Of a stretch of DNA of 64,000 bases, positions 1-10,112 are shown in pieces. Source of the stretch: a virus; the IMG/VR virus record IMGVR_UViG_3300013286_000725, positions 1 to 64,000 of that record; one strand, given 5' to 3'. A program made the translations under genes and the position numbers. The notes beneath the pieces were generated by a model. It ran no database searches. It was not told the origin of the DNA and saw only the letters and a list, made by a program, of their open reading frames with translations. Within the stretch, counting starts at the first letter, position 1, and each line of letters begins with the position of its first letter.

Positions 1-4
1 AGTG

Positions 5-292
5 CTAGAATTGGCCTAGCGTCTTGAGACTGCTAACTGGCATATCCCAAACTTTACGACTCTCTACGCCCTTTTCCTGGGCAAACTTCTTAGCATCACA
101 ACAGCCACAAACATGATAAACATCATTGTTTAGTCGGCTAGGACTCATTGAGCCTTTGGGTCTATTAAACACTTCTTGGCAAGCATCGCATCGTAAGACC
201 ACTACAGTCTGCTTACGATAGTAAGCATGTGCCTTACCACAACTGCTGAGTCTAACATGCTGAGTTTGTCTAAATTCTGTTCCGATATACAT
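5..292 (-). CDS. Small Cys-rich putative zinc-binding protein
   Basis: 95 aa with CDAC and CGCC pairs; minus-strand TAAATA motif (298-303) just upstream. Confidence 0.6.
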   Translation of the reverse strand: MYIGTEFRQTQHVRLSSCGKAHAYYRKQTVVVLRCDACQEVFNRPKGSMSPSRLNNDVYHVCGCCDAKKFAQEKGVESRKVWDMPVSSLKTLGQF

Positions 293-297
293 GACTG

Positions 298-334
298 TAT
301 TTACATTAAGGTTATAAAATGGGTTTGATAAATA
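298..334. promoter_or_regulatory. Divergent late-promoter-like TAAATA motifs
   Basis: TATTTA at 298-303 (minus-strand TAAATA) and TAAATA at 329-334, each just upstream of an ORF; resembles T4 late consensus TATAAATA. Confidence 0.55.
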
Positions 335-352
335 TCATGTTAAAGGCATTTC

Positions 353-676
353 ATGATTACAATAACCGACTCGGCTAAAGAAAAGATTAAAGATATCCTC
401 TATGAAGAAGGAAATCCCAATCTAGGCCTGCGTACATTTGTACAAGGCGGAGGGTGCAGTGGTTTTAGTTATGGCTTCACTTTGGATGAAATACAAAATG
501 AAGATGATTTTGCCGTTCCGTTAGATGAATTTAAAGTACTGGTAGATGCAATGAGTATGCAATATCTAACAGGAGCAACAATAGACTACAAAGAAGAACT
601 TATGGGTAGTTCTTTTACAATTACAAATCCAAATGCAATAACCAGTTGCGGATGTGGATCAAGTTTCGGGGTATAA
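353..676 (+). CDS. erpA: A-type Fe-S cluster carrier (IscA/ErpA/HesB family)
   Basis: GGGCSGFSY motif and C-terminal CGCGSSF; 107 aa. Confidence 0.9.
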   Translation: MITITDSAKEKIKDILYEEGNPNLGLRTFVQGGGCSGFSYGFTLDEIQNEDDFAVPLDEFKVLVDAMSMQYLTGATIDYKEELMGSSFTITNPNAITSCGCGSSFGV

Positions 677-682
677 ACAAAA

Positions 683-3600
683 ATGGCACAACAAGAAATT
701 GATATTGGCTCACAAGGTAATGACGGTACCGGTGATAGTATTAGAGAAGCATTTCGTAAAGTAAATGAAAACTTTAACGACATATATGCTATATTTGGGG
801 CGGGAGGACTAATTCGTTCCACAAACCTAGACGACTTTCCTCGTAGCTATACCGGCAATCAAATATTTGTTACACAGGGTGCCCGAGGTGCCATAAGTGA
901 AAGTGTGTTGGCCAAAGATCTTGTTGCAGGCACAGGCATCCGTATTACGCAAACTGATTCTACACTGACCATTGTCAATGCGGGGTCTAGTTTTTCAGCT
1001 GATCCGAGTCCAAGACTAGGTGGTCCATTAAATGCTGCCAGTGCTCCCATTGCCAACATTGCAGACCCAAGTGATTTATCACTTAGTCAATTTATCACAT
1101 CACATCCTACAGTAACTATCAACGGACAAGCGCCGACTCAAGATGCATTTGTCATTACCAAAGGGTACGCCGACAAGCGATATCTACAACAAACCGGCGG
1201 AGGCAGTACCAGTGGCACTATTCGTATCAGATCCGAACCGTCAAATACCACCGGCTATACTAAAACTATTGTTAGCTTCACAGGCGGCAATGCTGCCTTT
1301 GCTTCTAACACTAGTCCGTTAAGTGACAGCGGCGGAGACGGTGCAGCCTACACATATTCTACAACGGGTATTGTTGCTACTAATTTGGTCAACAACTCTA
1401 CCTATTATCTAAAATACATTGATTCTACTCGCATAGGATTTTACCCAACAGCATTAGATGCCAAAGCAGGAACTAATAGAATTTCAGTATCCGGCGGAAC
1501 TGGAACACAGACACTAACTGATGCCGCATATGATGCTAACCTGGCCGGCAACTGGCTAGCAACAGAAGCATTGCCTCGTAAGAGTGTGGTTCGTCGCCAA
1601 GGCGACACAATGACAGGATTACTGACTTTAAGTGATCATCCTGGCAGTCTTGCAGGCGCAGGCAGTCCTAACGGTGTTGATGATTTACAGGCCGCAACCA
1701 AATACTATGTAGACAATTCTAGTTTTGCTAGTAGTGTAAACCTGTTTGTTACCACTACAGGAGATGACACACAAAAGAATACCCCAAATGGTAAAGAGGG
1801 ACGAGCATTTGCCTATGCATATTCTACTGTTGGAGCTGCCTGTCTCAAAGCACAGGAACTGATGGATCTTGCACAGGTTGAGCCGGGCCCGTATCGTCAA
1901 CGTATTACCTACACAGTGGCCACGGTGATAAGTCCAAGTATTTTACAATCAACTGGTATTGTAAATGGTCCTGGATACTTGACTGTAAAAGACAACTTAC
2001 AGGCCAACAAAGAATGGATCAAAGCTGAAGTTGTTGGATATATGAACACCACTTATCCAACACTTATCTACAATAGAGATGCTTTTGCTAGAGACATTGG
2101 CACTATCATTGATGCAGTTGGCAACGATGTAGTTGTTAACGGAAATTATCAAAGTATCACTACTGGTAAAAATTATTTCAAAGCAGTGTCTATTGGTACA
2201 CAATTGGACGAAACTGTGGGTGGCATTACTTATGCTAGGATATTGTGTGAAAATGTTTTAAACAATATCAATCCCACAACTGCATATCAAACAGCCTATT
2301 CAAGAACTATTAGAATTATTACCAATGGCAATGTTACCAGTCCGATGGTAACAGCAATGGACAGCCGATTTAATATTATTTTAGGCTATTTGCAAAACGG
2401 TTTAGCATGGCAAAGTGCTCCGACTCCTAGCTACGGCGTTGGCACTTATCGGTTGGTGTTTAGCAACGGTGGGCAAGGATTTGTTGATCAAGGTAATCCC
2501 AGTAATGTTGATATTACTTCTGGCAAAATTATTCGTGGATTGACCACAGGTGCTGAAGCTAAGATTGTCAGCTATGCCAGCGGCGCTACCAACGATACTG
2601 TAACTGCCTACTTGCTGACCACACAGGAATTTTTACCATCTGAACAGTTGGAATATGCTGAAGTCAATAAGAGTTTACAAATTACCATTCGAATTGAAAG
2701 TGGTATCTACTACGAAGACTTGCCAATTCGTATACCTGCAAACGTTACCGTCAAAGGCGACGAGTTCCGCCGTACAATTATTCGTCCAAGAGGCGGTGCC
2801 AGTCGCAGTGTTGCTGTTACTACCTATTTCTACAGAGATACAACCTATGACGGATTGACATTAACCACTACTAACTACGGATACCATTACTTACAAGATC
2901 CTACTAAAGTTTTGAATGTGGGTCCTAGTTATAGTAATGCAGGCGGGTATGCCAAATCGGCCAAAGCCGTGTACGAAAATAAACCATTCATACAGGCAGA
3001 AGTTGTGGCATTCATCAATGCAAATTATCCTAGCTACAGTTATGATCCTATCAAAACTCAAAGAGATACAGGTTTTATTATCGATGCAGTTATTGCAGAC
3101 TTGCTAGCTGGCGGTAAAAATAATATTTTAGATACCGCACTGGGATTTTATAATTCTGGTGCAGTAGTAACTAATGCAGCTAATCGAGCAGGCATCACTT
3201 ACATTGCCATTATTGCTCAATTGATTATTGCACAAACACGACTGACTGATGCAACTACTCCCCGCAAATTGAGCAGTGCCACACAGATAGTCGACACTGC
3301 GTTGATCGCAGAAGCCAATAGCGGTGCTGCCATTACTAACTTGATTAGTTCAGTGGTATATGCAATCAACCCTGCCAATACAACCTACAACCCTCCAAAG
3401 AACAACAAAGATCTTGACATGTTCTTCATGAATGATGCTGTTAAGATTCACAACATATCAGGTCAAGGGCAAGGCGGATTCATGTGTGTACTTGATCCAT
3501 CTGGTATAGTTGGCAGTAAAAGTCCCTATGTACAAAGTTGCTCATCGTTCTCCGGCAGTATCAATGCACAGAGGTTTGCCGGCGGTATGTTCATTGATGG

Positions 3601-6600
3601 ATTCTCAGGAAGACTACAGGCAACCATTGCTAACAACAATGCTGTTACTGATGGTGGATTAACCATAACTGTCACAGGACTGACCTATCGTCAGCCACAA
3701 GCACCGACTGCGTTTTATCAAAGCGGTTATCGTTACCAAGTTGACAATATAGCCTCATGGGATCCTGCTACAGGTGTTGCTGTGTTGAATATAAATCCAA
3801 CTACTCCATGGCCCGGTGCTGTAAGCCCGACTTATCCCTATTCCATGACTTTGGAAACTCCGGGCAATCGAAGCATGCTGGCCAACGACTTTACACAGGT
3901 TAATGATCTGGGTTACGGTATTGTCGCACACAATACCGGTTTAACTGAGCAGGTGTCAACCTTTACTTACTATTGCTACACAGCCTATATGGCCAGCAAT
4001 GGCGGACAAATTCGTTCAGTAGCAGGATCAAATGCACACGGGGTATACGGCTTGCGTGCCCTGGGTTCAGATCCAACTGAAGCACCTAATCAAATTAATT
4101 TGGCCAACGACATGGTCCAAGCTATTAAAGTTTACAAGTACGGCTCATTGTCTACATTTGGCGCACTAGCTGATACCAATTTCTATATGCAAAGGTATCA
4201 AAGCATTCCAACACAGACTAGTGAATTAGAGATCTATCACTCAACTGGTCCAACAAGATACGAAGTTAAGACGGTTGTCAAAACTGGTTTGGCATTTAAT
4301 AATCATACACAACGAGTATCTGCAATCAGTCAAGCTACCCCTGCTGTAGTTACTATCATGCCAGATGTTACTATTACAGGTGTTACGCTGTCTAATCCTT
4401 GTGTAGTCACTGCTGCATCACACGGTTACCAAACAGGTGACTTTATTAAGATCACAGGTGTAGTTGGCACAACTCAATTAAATTATAGAAATTATTATAT
4501 CAGACGTATTGATGCAAATAGTTTTAGTCTATACACTGATGCTGCAGCAAGTGTTGCTGTTAATAGTGGAACATACACTGCCTATATTAGTAGCGGTACT
4601 GTTAGCCAACGACATGTGTTCCATTCAGGCGATCCGGTAGTATTTTCAAATACTACCATGACACAGATCAACGGAAACATTTATTATGCTAATCCTATTA
4701 ACGGAACACAATTTGCATTGTACACTGATAAAGCATTAACTACTCCTGTTAACTCTGGTACATATACCACCTTTAGTGCAGGATCAACTACAGCTTCTAG
4801 CGGATTTACAAGTGGTCGACAATATACTATTGAAACAGTTGGTACTACTGTTTGGACATCAATTGGTGCTTCCTCAACAAGTTCGTTCAACGGTTATATC
4901 AGTAGTGGTGTTAGTGGTGTTGCTGGACAGATACTAACTGTAACCAGTACTCCTAGTACTGCACTAACTGTTGGACAACAAGTAAACGGTGTAGGTATAA
5001 CCGCGGGTACTGTGATTACCGGATTCGGAACTGCTGTTGGCTATACTGGAACTTACTCCGTCAGCGTAAGTCAGGCCGCTGGAACTTCTGGTTCTCCGCT
5101 GGCTATAACTACAGTTGCTCCGGGCACAACATTTACTGCTTCAGGTGCCGGCGCTGGCACAGGCACTGCCTACTACGGCGGTACAGTCAGCAACAAGGTC
5201 AATTTTACAATTACCGGAGCTACACTGGCTAATCCATGTGTAGTTACTACATCGGCGGTTAATAACTTTAAAAACAGTGATTTGATTACCATTTCTGGTG
5301 TTACTGGACTTACCAATATCAACAGTACTTTTTATGTTAAGGTGTTGACTGCACAAACTTTTGCGCTGTACTTAGATAGTGATCTAGTGACTAGTTTCAG
5401 TACAGTTGGTCGAACCGCTTATAGTTCAGGTGGTACCGCAAGTGGTGGCCAAGAAGTTTTACAAATTCAATTAAGTACTTCTAGTAACGACAATCGTGTG
5501 TCAACTGGTTTATCGGAAACACTTAGCGATGATCAAAACATGACCATGCGTGTGTTACAAAACTACAAGTTCATAAACATTGACAATGTTAAACCTACAA
5601 GACCTAGTACCGCGTTAGAATTCACTGCTACAAAGAACTACGCTAGTGGTAGTTTATATCGTGTAATTGCCTATAACTTAAACGAAGCAACAGGATCTGG
5701 ACTCAGCACAGATGGTCATACTGCTATTCTAACCGTTGATCAATCATTTGCTTATCTCAAGCCCCTAGTGTTGGTCAGTGCTATTGGTATTATCGATCCG
5801 TTAAACAGTCGTAGAACTATGGGTGCAACTGCTGGAGATGTAAACATTGCCATTGATTCAACCAGTATGACCACTGACAGTATTGCTGCATGTAACAGTG
5901 GCGTTTGGGAATTTTCATGGGATGGCAAATTACATAAAGTATTGGGCTACACTGCTGCAACTAACTCTAGCATAATTACTGCTGGAAATTTTGTAGCTGC
6001 AACCACTTATACAATTGCCAGTTTAGGTACTACTCCTTGGACATCAATTGGTGCTACTGCCAATGCTGTGGTCACTGCTACGATCGCAGGAACATTGATG
6101 AATGTAACTGGTGTTACCAACGGGGCATTGGCAGTGGGACAACAGTTAACTGGTAGCGGTATTCAACCGGGCACTGTAATTACCAGCCTAGGAACGGGAG
6201 CAGGTTATCAAGGAACCTACAACATTAGTTCAACAGTTAATACTGTAAATCCTATTACAGTTAGTGCTATCACAGTAGGCAGTGTATTCATAGCCAATGC
6301 TGTTGGTTCTGGTACAGGAACTGCAACTGCAAGTGTGCCTGCTTACATTACCATCGACGATATATACGACAATAACTCTAATCAAAATCAAACTAGTGCA
6401 GGAAGTTTTATTGTAGGTCACAAATATACTATTACATTTACAGGCACAACTACTTTTACTTCAATAGGTGCTAGTTCAAGTTCAGTAGGTACAGTATTCA
6501 CTGCAACAGCTAAAACTTATAATGTATCTAATTCAGGTGCAAGCGCATACACAATAGATGGTAACAGCAATCCTACAATAAATTTAGTTAGAGGATTTAC

Positions 6601-9271
6601 TTATAATTTTAATGTCAGTGCCAGTGGACACCCTTTCTGGATTAAGACATCCCAAACTACAGGTACAGGTGACGCTTACACATCAGGTGTAACAAATAAC
6701 GGCACAGCAGTGGGAACAGTCACTTTTACTGTACCCTTAGACGCTCCGGCTACACTATATTATAATTGTCAATTCCATAGTTCTATGGTAGGGCAATTCA
6801 ACATAACTGACCCTGGCACTGGTCGAGCAACACCGGTTGGTATCAACAGCACATTCCCCACTGACCAAAGTGTCACATTAAGATTGGGTCTGCCAAGCGG
6901 ATCACCAGGTTATGTTACAATTAAAATTTCAACATGCCGTGCTACCAGTCATGACTTCTTAGATATCGGTACCGGTGGTTACAACACCACCAACTATCCT
7001 TATGCAATTTATGGTAACCCTGCAATCGCAGCCACGCAAAATCAAGAAGTCAAAGAAGAAACCAAAGGTCGTGTATTCTATGTGTCAACAGACCAAAACG
7101 GTATTTTCCGTGTGGGTCCCTACTTCAAAGTTGACCAAGGAACTGGTGCTGTTACATTCTCAGCCAGTATTGCGCTGAGTAATTTGGATGGCTTGGGATT
7201 CAAACGCGGTGTAGTGGTTAGTGAATTCTCAACAGATGTCAACATGACCAACAACGCCACTGACACTGTATCTACTCAAAGTGCTGTTCGGGGGTACATT
7301 GATAAGAGATTAGGATTGGATAATAGCGGTGTTATTATTGCCAACACTAATTTGATTGGGCCAGGCTTTATGGCGTTGAATGGTTCGTTGTCTATGAAAG
7401 GCAATATGAATCTTGGCGGATTTAACATATTGAATGTGGGATCTCCAAGCAATGCCGGGGATGCTGCCAACAAGTCATATGTTGATACTAGCGTGGCATC
7501 AACTAACCAATTGAACAAACTACAAGATGTACTTGAGATGGTGCCAGTGGCTGGAGATATATTAGCGTTTACAGGTGCTAATAATTCATCGGTGACAGTT
7601 ACTATTTCTGGAGACATTGTACCAACATATACCAGCACTTATACTACAACACTATTGGGTGGTATTACCAATAGCCCAACAGTAGACAGTGGTATTGTGG
7701 GCACCGCGCTGATTAATGTCAACGGCGGTATTGCAGTGTTAAGCACTACAGGTTTCTCTACTAGCGGTTATCTACAAATTGACAATGAAATATTCAGTTA
7801 TAGTTCAATTGCCAGTAATAAATTTATTGGAATTGCTCGAGCATTGAATACCAGTACTGCGACAACACATGCTGTCAGTGCAACTGTAATTTCTTTGAAC
7901 ACTGCACAACTGCAATTGGCAGTAGGCGCAGGAGCAATTGTTGATAGTAAAGTGTCTGCAAGTGCTGCCATTGCACAAAGTAAACTGGCATTGCTCAATG
8001 CTACGGCTGCGGCATCTGCAGGAGCTGCCGTAAAAGGTGTTGCTAAATTTAACAGTACTAACTTTAGTGATGACGGTGGTGGATATATTAGTATCAAGAC
8101 CAGCGGTGTTACCTTGGCAAATATTGTCACAATTGGTAGTGGCAGTGTGTTGGCCAACTTCTCAGGAAGTGCGGCTGCTCCGTCAGAAACCACTGCTAAC
8201 ACAGTAACCAGCTATGGTTTAGAAAGCATTAGTGGATCAACCAATGGTGTTATTAATAGAACAGGTGCTAGAACATTTGGTGTAGTAGGTGTGTCTGCAA
8301 CAGGAGCAGCCAGCAATTTAGTTCAAATGGACACCAGTAGTAATATTGTGGTAGGTGCTGTTAAACTAGGTAGCGGTGCAAGTGCTCCTACAATACTAGC
8401 ACTGGCATTGTCGGGTACCAGTTTAAATATCAGTACTCCAGGTGGGTTATCTATTATATCAACTACAGGTACTGGCGGCGGTACAACACAGGCCAATACC
8501 ACTGTGACATTAAACGGACAGTTTGTACTAGGTGCTCAAAGTACACTATCAGGAGCTGTCACTGCTACCAATGCAACTAATGCTGTTAATGCAGAAAATT
8601 TAAATCTTGGCGGTACTCCGGCATCGGCTTCGGTAGATAGTATTGGCAGTACCATTGTTGCTAGAAATGCCAGTGGTAATTTTTCCGCAGGTACTATAAC
8701 AGCAAGTTTAACAGGCGGAGTAACTGGTAATGTTACAGGTAATGTTACAGGTAATGTTACAGGTAATGTTACAGGTAATGTAACTGGTAACATTACAACC
8801 AGCAGTATCACAGCTAGCGGTGCAGGCAATCCGGCCACTGGCACAATTAACGGTTATTGGTCGTTGGGTGCCGGCAGTAGATTAACTGCTACCTATGCCG
8901 ACTTGGCAGAATATTATTCAAGTGATCAGGACTATGAACCCGGTACTGTATTAGTATTTGGCGGTGATGCCGAAGTGACTATCACTGACACATTTGGTGA
9001 TGCACGACTAGCAGGAGTAGTTAGTACCAACGCTGCCTATGCTATGAATAATGACCTAGCTGGTGCTAGAGCATTAGTTGCACTACAAGGCCGAGTACCA
9101 GTTAAGGTATTGGGACTAGTCAAAAAAGGTGACATGCTAACTACAGCAGGTATTCCGGGATATGCTGTTAAGGCAATTGATCCTAAGATAGGAACTATTA
9201 TAGGTAAGGCTTTAGTGGATAAGACGACCCCCGAAGCTGGCGTTATTGAAGTCGCAGTGGGGAGAGTATAA
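683..9271 (+). CDS. Giant modular virion structural protein (baseplate/tail-fibre-like)
   Basis: 2862 aa, Thr/Gly/Ser rich; N-terminal IDIGxxGNDGTGDSIREAFRKVNENF (T4 gp9/gp10-like N-terminus); repeated beta modules; C-terminal ADLAEYY...GVVS...GRVPVKV domain resembling an intramolecular-chaperone autocleavage domain. Confidence 0.8.
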   Translation: MAQQEIDIGSQGNDGTGDSIREAFRKVNENFNDIYAIFGAGGLIRSTNLDDFPRSYTGNQIFVTQGARGAISESVLAKDLVAGTGIRITQTDSTLTIVNAGSSFSADPSPRLGGPLNAASAPIANIADPSDLSLSQFITSHPTVTINGQAPTQDAFVITKGYADKRYLQQTGGGSTSGTIRIRSEPSNTTGYTKTIVSFTGGNAAFASNTSPLSDSGGDGAAYTYSTTGIVATNLVNNSTYYLKYIDSTRIGFYPTALDAKAGTNRISVSGGTGTQTLTDAAYDANLAGNWLATEALPRKSVVRRQGDTMTGLLTLSDHPGSLAGAGSPNGVDDLQAATKYYVDNSSFASSVNLFVTTTGDDTQKNTPNGKEGRAFAYAYSTVGAACLKAQELMDLAQVEPGPYRQRITYTVATVISPSILQSTGIVNGPGYLTVKDNLQANKEWIKAEVVGYMNTTYPTLIYNRDAFARDIGTIIDAVGNDVVVNGNYQSITTGKNYFKAVSIGTQLDETVGGITYARILCENVLNNINPTTAYQTAYSRTIRIITNGNVTSPMVTAMDSRFNIILGYLQNGLAWQSAPTPSYGVGTYRLVFSNGGQGFVDQGNPSNVDITSGKIIRGLTTGAEAKIVSYASGATNDTVTAYLLTTQEFLPSEQLEYAEVNKSLQITIRIESGIYYEDLPIRIPANVTVKGDEFRRTIIRPRGGASRSVAVTTYFYRDTTYDGLTLTTTNYGYHYLQDPTKVLNVGPSYSNAGGYAKSAKAVYENKPFIQAEVVAFINANYPSYSYDPIKTQRDTGFIIDAVIADLLAGGKNNILDTALGFYNSGAVVTNAANRAGITYIAIIAQLIIAQTRLTDATTPRKLSSATQIVDTALIAEANSGAAITNLISSVVYAINPANTTYNPPKNNKDLDMFFMNDAVKIHNISGQGQGGFMCVLDPSGIVGSKSPYVQSCSSFSGSINAQRFAGGMFIDGFSGRLQATIANNNAVTDGGLTITVTGLTYRQPQAPTAFYQSGYRYQVDNIASWDPATGVAVLNINPTTPWPGAVSPTYPYSMTLETPGNRSMLANDFTQVNDLGYGIVAHNTGLTEQVSTFTYYCYTAYMASNGGQIRSVAGSNAHGVYGLRALGSDPTEAPNQINLANDMVQAIKVYKYGSLSTFGALADTNFYMQRYQSIPTQTSELEIYHSTGPTRYEVKTVVKTGLAFNNHTQRVSAISQATPAVVTIMPDVTITGVTLSNPCVVTAASHGYQTGDFIKITGVVGTTQLNYRNYYIRRIDANSFSLYTDAAASVAVNSGTYTAYISSGTVSQRHVFHSGDPVVFSNTTMTQINGNIYYANPINGTQFALYTDKALTTPVNSGTYTTFSAGSTTASSGFTSGRQYTIETVGTTVWTSIGASSTSSFNGYISSGVSGVAGQILTVTSTPSTALTVGQQVNGVGITAGTVITGFGTAVGYTGTYSVSVSQAAGTSGSPLAITTVAPGTTFTASGAGAGTGTAYYGGTVSNKVNFTITGATLANPCVVTTSAVNNFKNSDLITISGVTGLTNINSTFYVKVLTAQTFALYLDSDLVTSFSTVGRTAYSSGGTASGGQEVLQIQLSTSSNDNRVSTGLSETLSDDQNMTMRVLQNYKFINIDNVKPTRPSTALEFTATKNYASGSLYRVIAYNLNEATGSGLSTDGHTAILTVDQSFAYLKPLVLVSAIGIIDPLNSRRTMGATAGDVNIAIDSTSMTTDSIAACNSGVWEFSWDGKLHKVLGYTAATNSSIITAGNFVAATTYTIASLGTTPWTSIGATANAVVTATIAGTLMNVTGVTNGALAVGQQLTGSGIQPGTVITSLGTGAGYQGTYNISSTVNTVNPITVSAITVGSVFIANAVGSGTGTATASVPAYITIDDIYDNNSNQNQTSAGSFIVGHKYTITFTGTTTFTSIGASSSSVGTVFTATAKTYNVSNSGASAYTIDGNSNPTINLVRGFTYNFNVSASGHPFWIKTSQTTGTGDAYTSGVTNNGTAVGTVTFTVPLDAPATLYYNCQFHSSMVGQFNITDPGTGRATPVGINSTFPTDQSVTLRLGLPSGSPGYVTIKISTCRATSHDFLDIGTGGYNTTNYPYAIYGNPAIAATQNQEVKEETKGRVFYVSTDQNGIFRVGPYFKVDQGTGAVTFSASIALSNLDGLGFKRGVVVSEFSTDVNMTNNATDTVSTQSAVRGYIDKRLGLDNSGVIIANTNLIGPGFMALNGSLSMKGNMNLGGFNILNVGSPSNAGDAANKSYVDTSVASTNQLNKLQDVLEMVPVAGDILAFTGANNSSVTVTISGDIVPTYTSTYTTTLLGGITNSPTVDSGIVGTALINVNGGIAVLSTTGFSTSGYLQIDNEIFSYSSIASNKFIGIARALNTSTATTHAVSATVISLNTAQLQLAVGAGAIVDSKVSASAAIAQSKLALLNATAAASAGAAVKGVAKFNSTNFSDDGGGYISIKTSGVTLANIVTIGSGSVLANFSGSAAAPSETTANTVTSYGLESISGSTNGVINRTGARTFGVVGVSATGAASNLVQMDTSSNIVVGAVKLGSGASAPTILALALSGTSLNISTPGGLSIISTTGTGGGTTQANTTVTLNGQFVLGAQSTLSGAVTATNATNAVNAENLNLGGTPASASVDSIGSTIVARNASGNFSAGTITASLTGGVTGNVTGNVTGNVTGNVTGNVTGNITTSSITASGAGNPATGTINGYWSLGAGSRLTATYADLAEYYSSDQDYEPGTVLVFGGDAEVTITDTFGDARLAGVVSTNAAYAMNNDLAGARALVALQGRVPVKVLGLVKKGDMLTTAGIPGYAVKAIDPKIGTIIGKALVDKTTPEAGVIEVAVGRV
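8723..8794 (+). repeat. 12-bp tandem repeat (ACWGGTAAYRTW x6) encoding (TGNV)n
   Basis: actggtaatgtt, acaggtaatgtt x3, acaggtaatgta, actggtaacatt. Confidence 0.9.
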
Positions 9272-9768
9272 TGACTAAGCTAATTGTTAACATAGGTAAT
9301 ACCGCAGATGATCGTCGTGGCGATCCCATAAGAATTGCATTTGATAAAATTAATCAAAACTTTACAGAATTGTATGGTAACTTGACCAATGCAATACCCA
9401 CTGTTACTGGCAACGGTGGAAAGATTTTGAGCACCAACGGTGTTAATCTAACTTGGATTGATGGCAATCTCAGTAATGCAATATTAACTCTTAACACAAT
9501 TCCTCCGACTAATCCTACAGTTAATAATCTTTGGTATGATACAGTTAGTGGAAGAATTTATGTTTATTATAATAGTAATTGGACTGATGCAAGTCCACCA
9601 ATTGCCAATTATAAGCCAACTCCCCCCGCTACCTCAAAAGGTGTTTACGGAGATCTGAGAGGTTATTGGTCTGCAAATAGTACATACTACTATTATTGCG
9701 CAGAAAATTTCACAGGCAACGGTGATGACATTTGGCGGCGTGTTGCATTTGATGGATTGACTTGGTAA
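9271..9768 (+). CDS. Baseplate/tail structural protein
   Basis: Same N-terminal motif (VNIGNTADDRRGDPIRIAFDKINQNF); LWYDTVSGRIYVY fibre-type motif. Confidence 0.7.
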   Translation: MTKLIVNIGNTADDRRGDPIRIAFDKINQNFTELYGNLTNAIPTVTGNGGKILSTNGVNLTWIDGNLSNAILTLNTIPPTNPTVNNLWYDTVSGRIYVYYNSNWTDASPPIANYKPTPPATSKGVYGDLRGYWSANSTYYYYCAENFTGNGDDIWRRVAFDGLTW

Positions 9769-10112
9769 TGGTTGCACTAGTTTTCCCGCTAACCCCTAGA
9801 GTAGCTGAATTTTTTACTGCTACTAATAATGTTATCTACCAATGGAACGGTGTTACTTGGATTGTAATTGGTAATGCTAATCAAGGCAATTACATTTTGC
9901 CCGTAGCCAGTACCTCAGTGCTAGGCGGTGTTCAAGTTGACGGTTCTACTATCACTGTTGACGGTAATGGTGTTATTAGAGTAAGTGGCAATGATATTTC
10001 TTATACAGCGTCTACTCCCAGCAACTGGAGTTCTACACCGCCAACTACAATAAAAGAAGCTATAGACAGATTAGCGGCTGCATTTAAAATAGCCAATGGC
10101 ATCGGAGCATAA
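9768..10112 (+). CDS. Small tail-associated structural protein
   Basis: YQWNGVTW and YILPVASTSVLGGVQVDG fibre motifs; ATG at 9768 overlaps upstream stop. Confidence 0.6.
   Translation: MVALVFPLTPRVAEFFTATNNVIYQWNGVTWIVIGNANQGNYILPVASTSVLGGVQVDGSTITVDGNGVIRVSGNDISYTASTPSNWSSTPPTTIKEAIDRLAAAFKIANGIGA

Noticed and set aside
8723-8794. Tandem 12-bp repeats as a CRISPR array or contingency locus
   Set aside because: No spacers; in-frame coding repeat (TGNV) typical of fibre shafts
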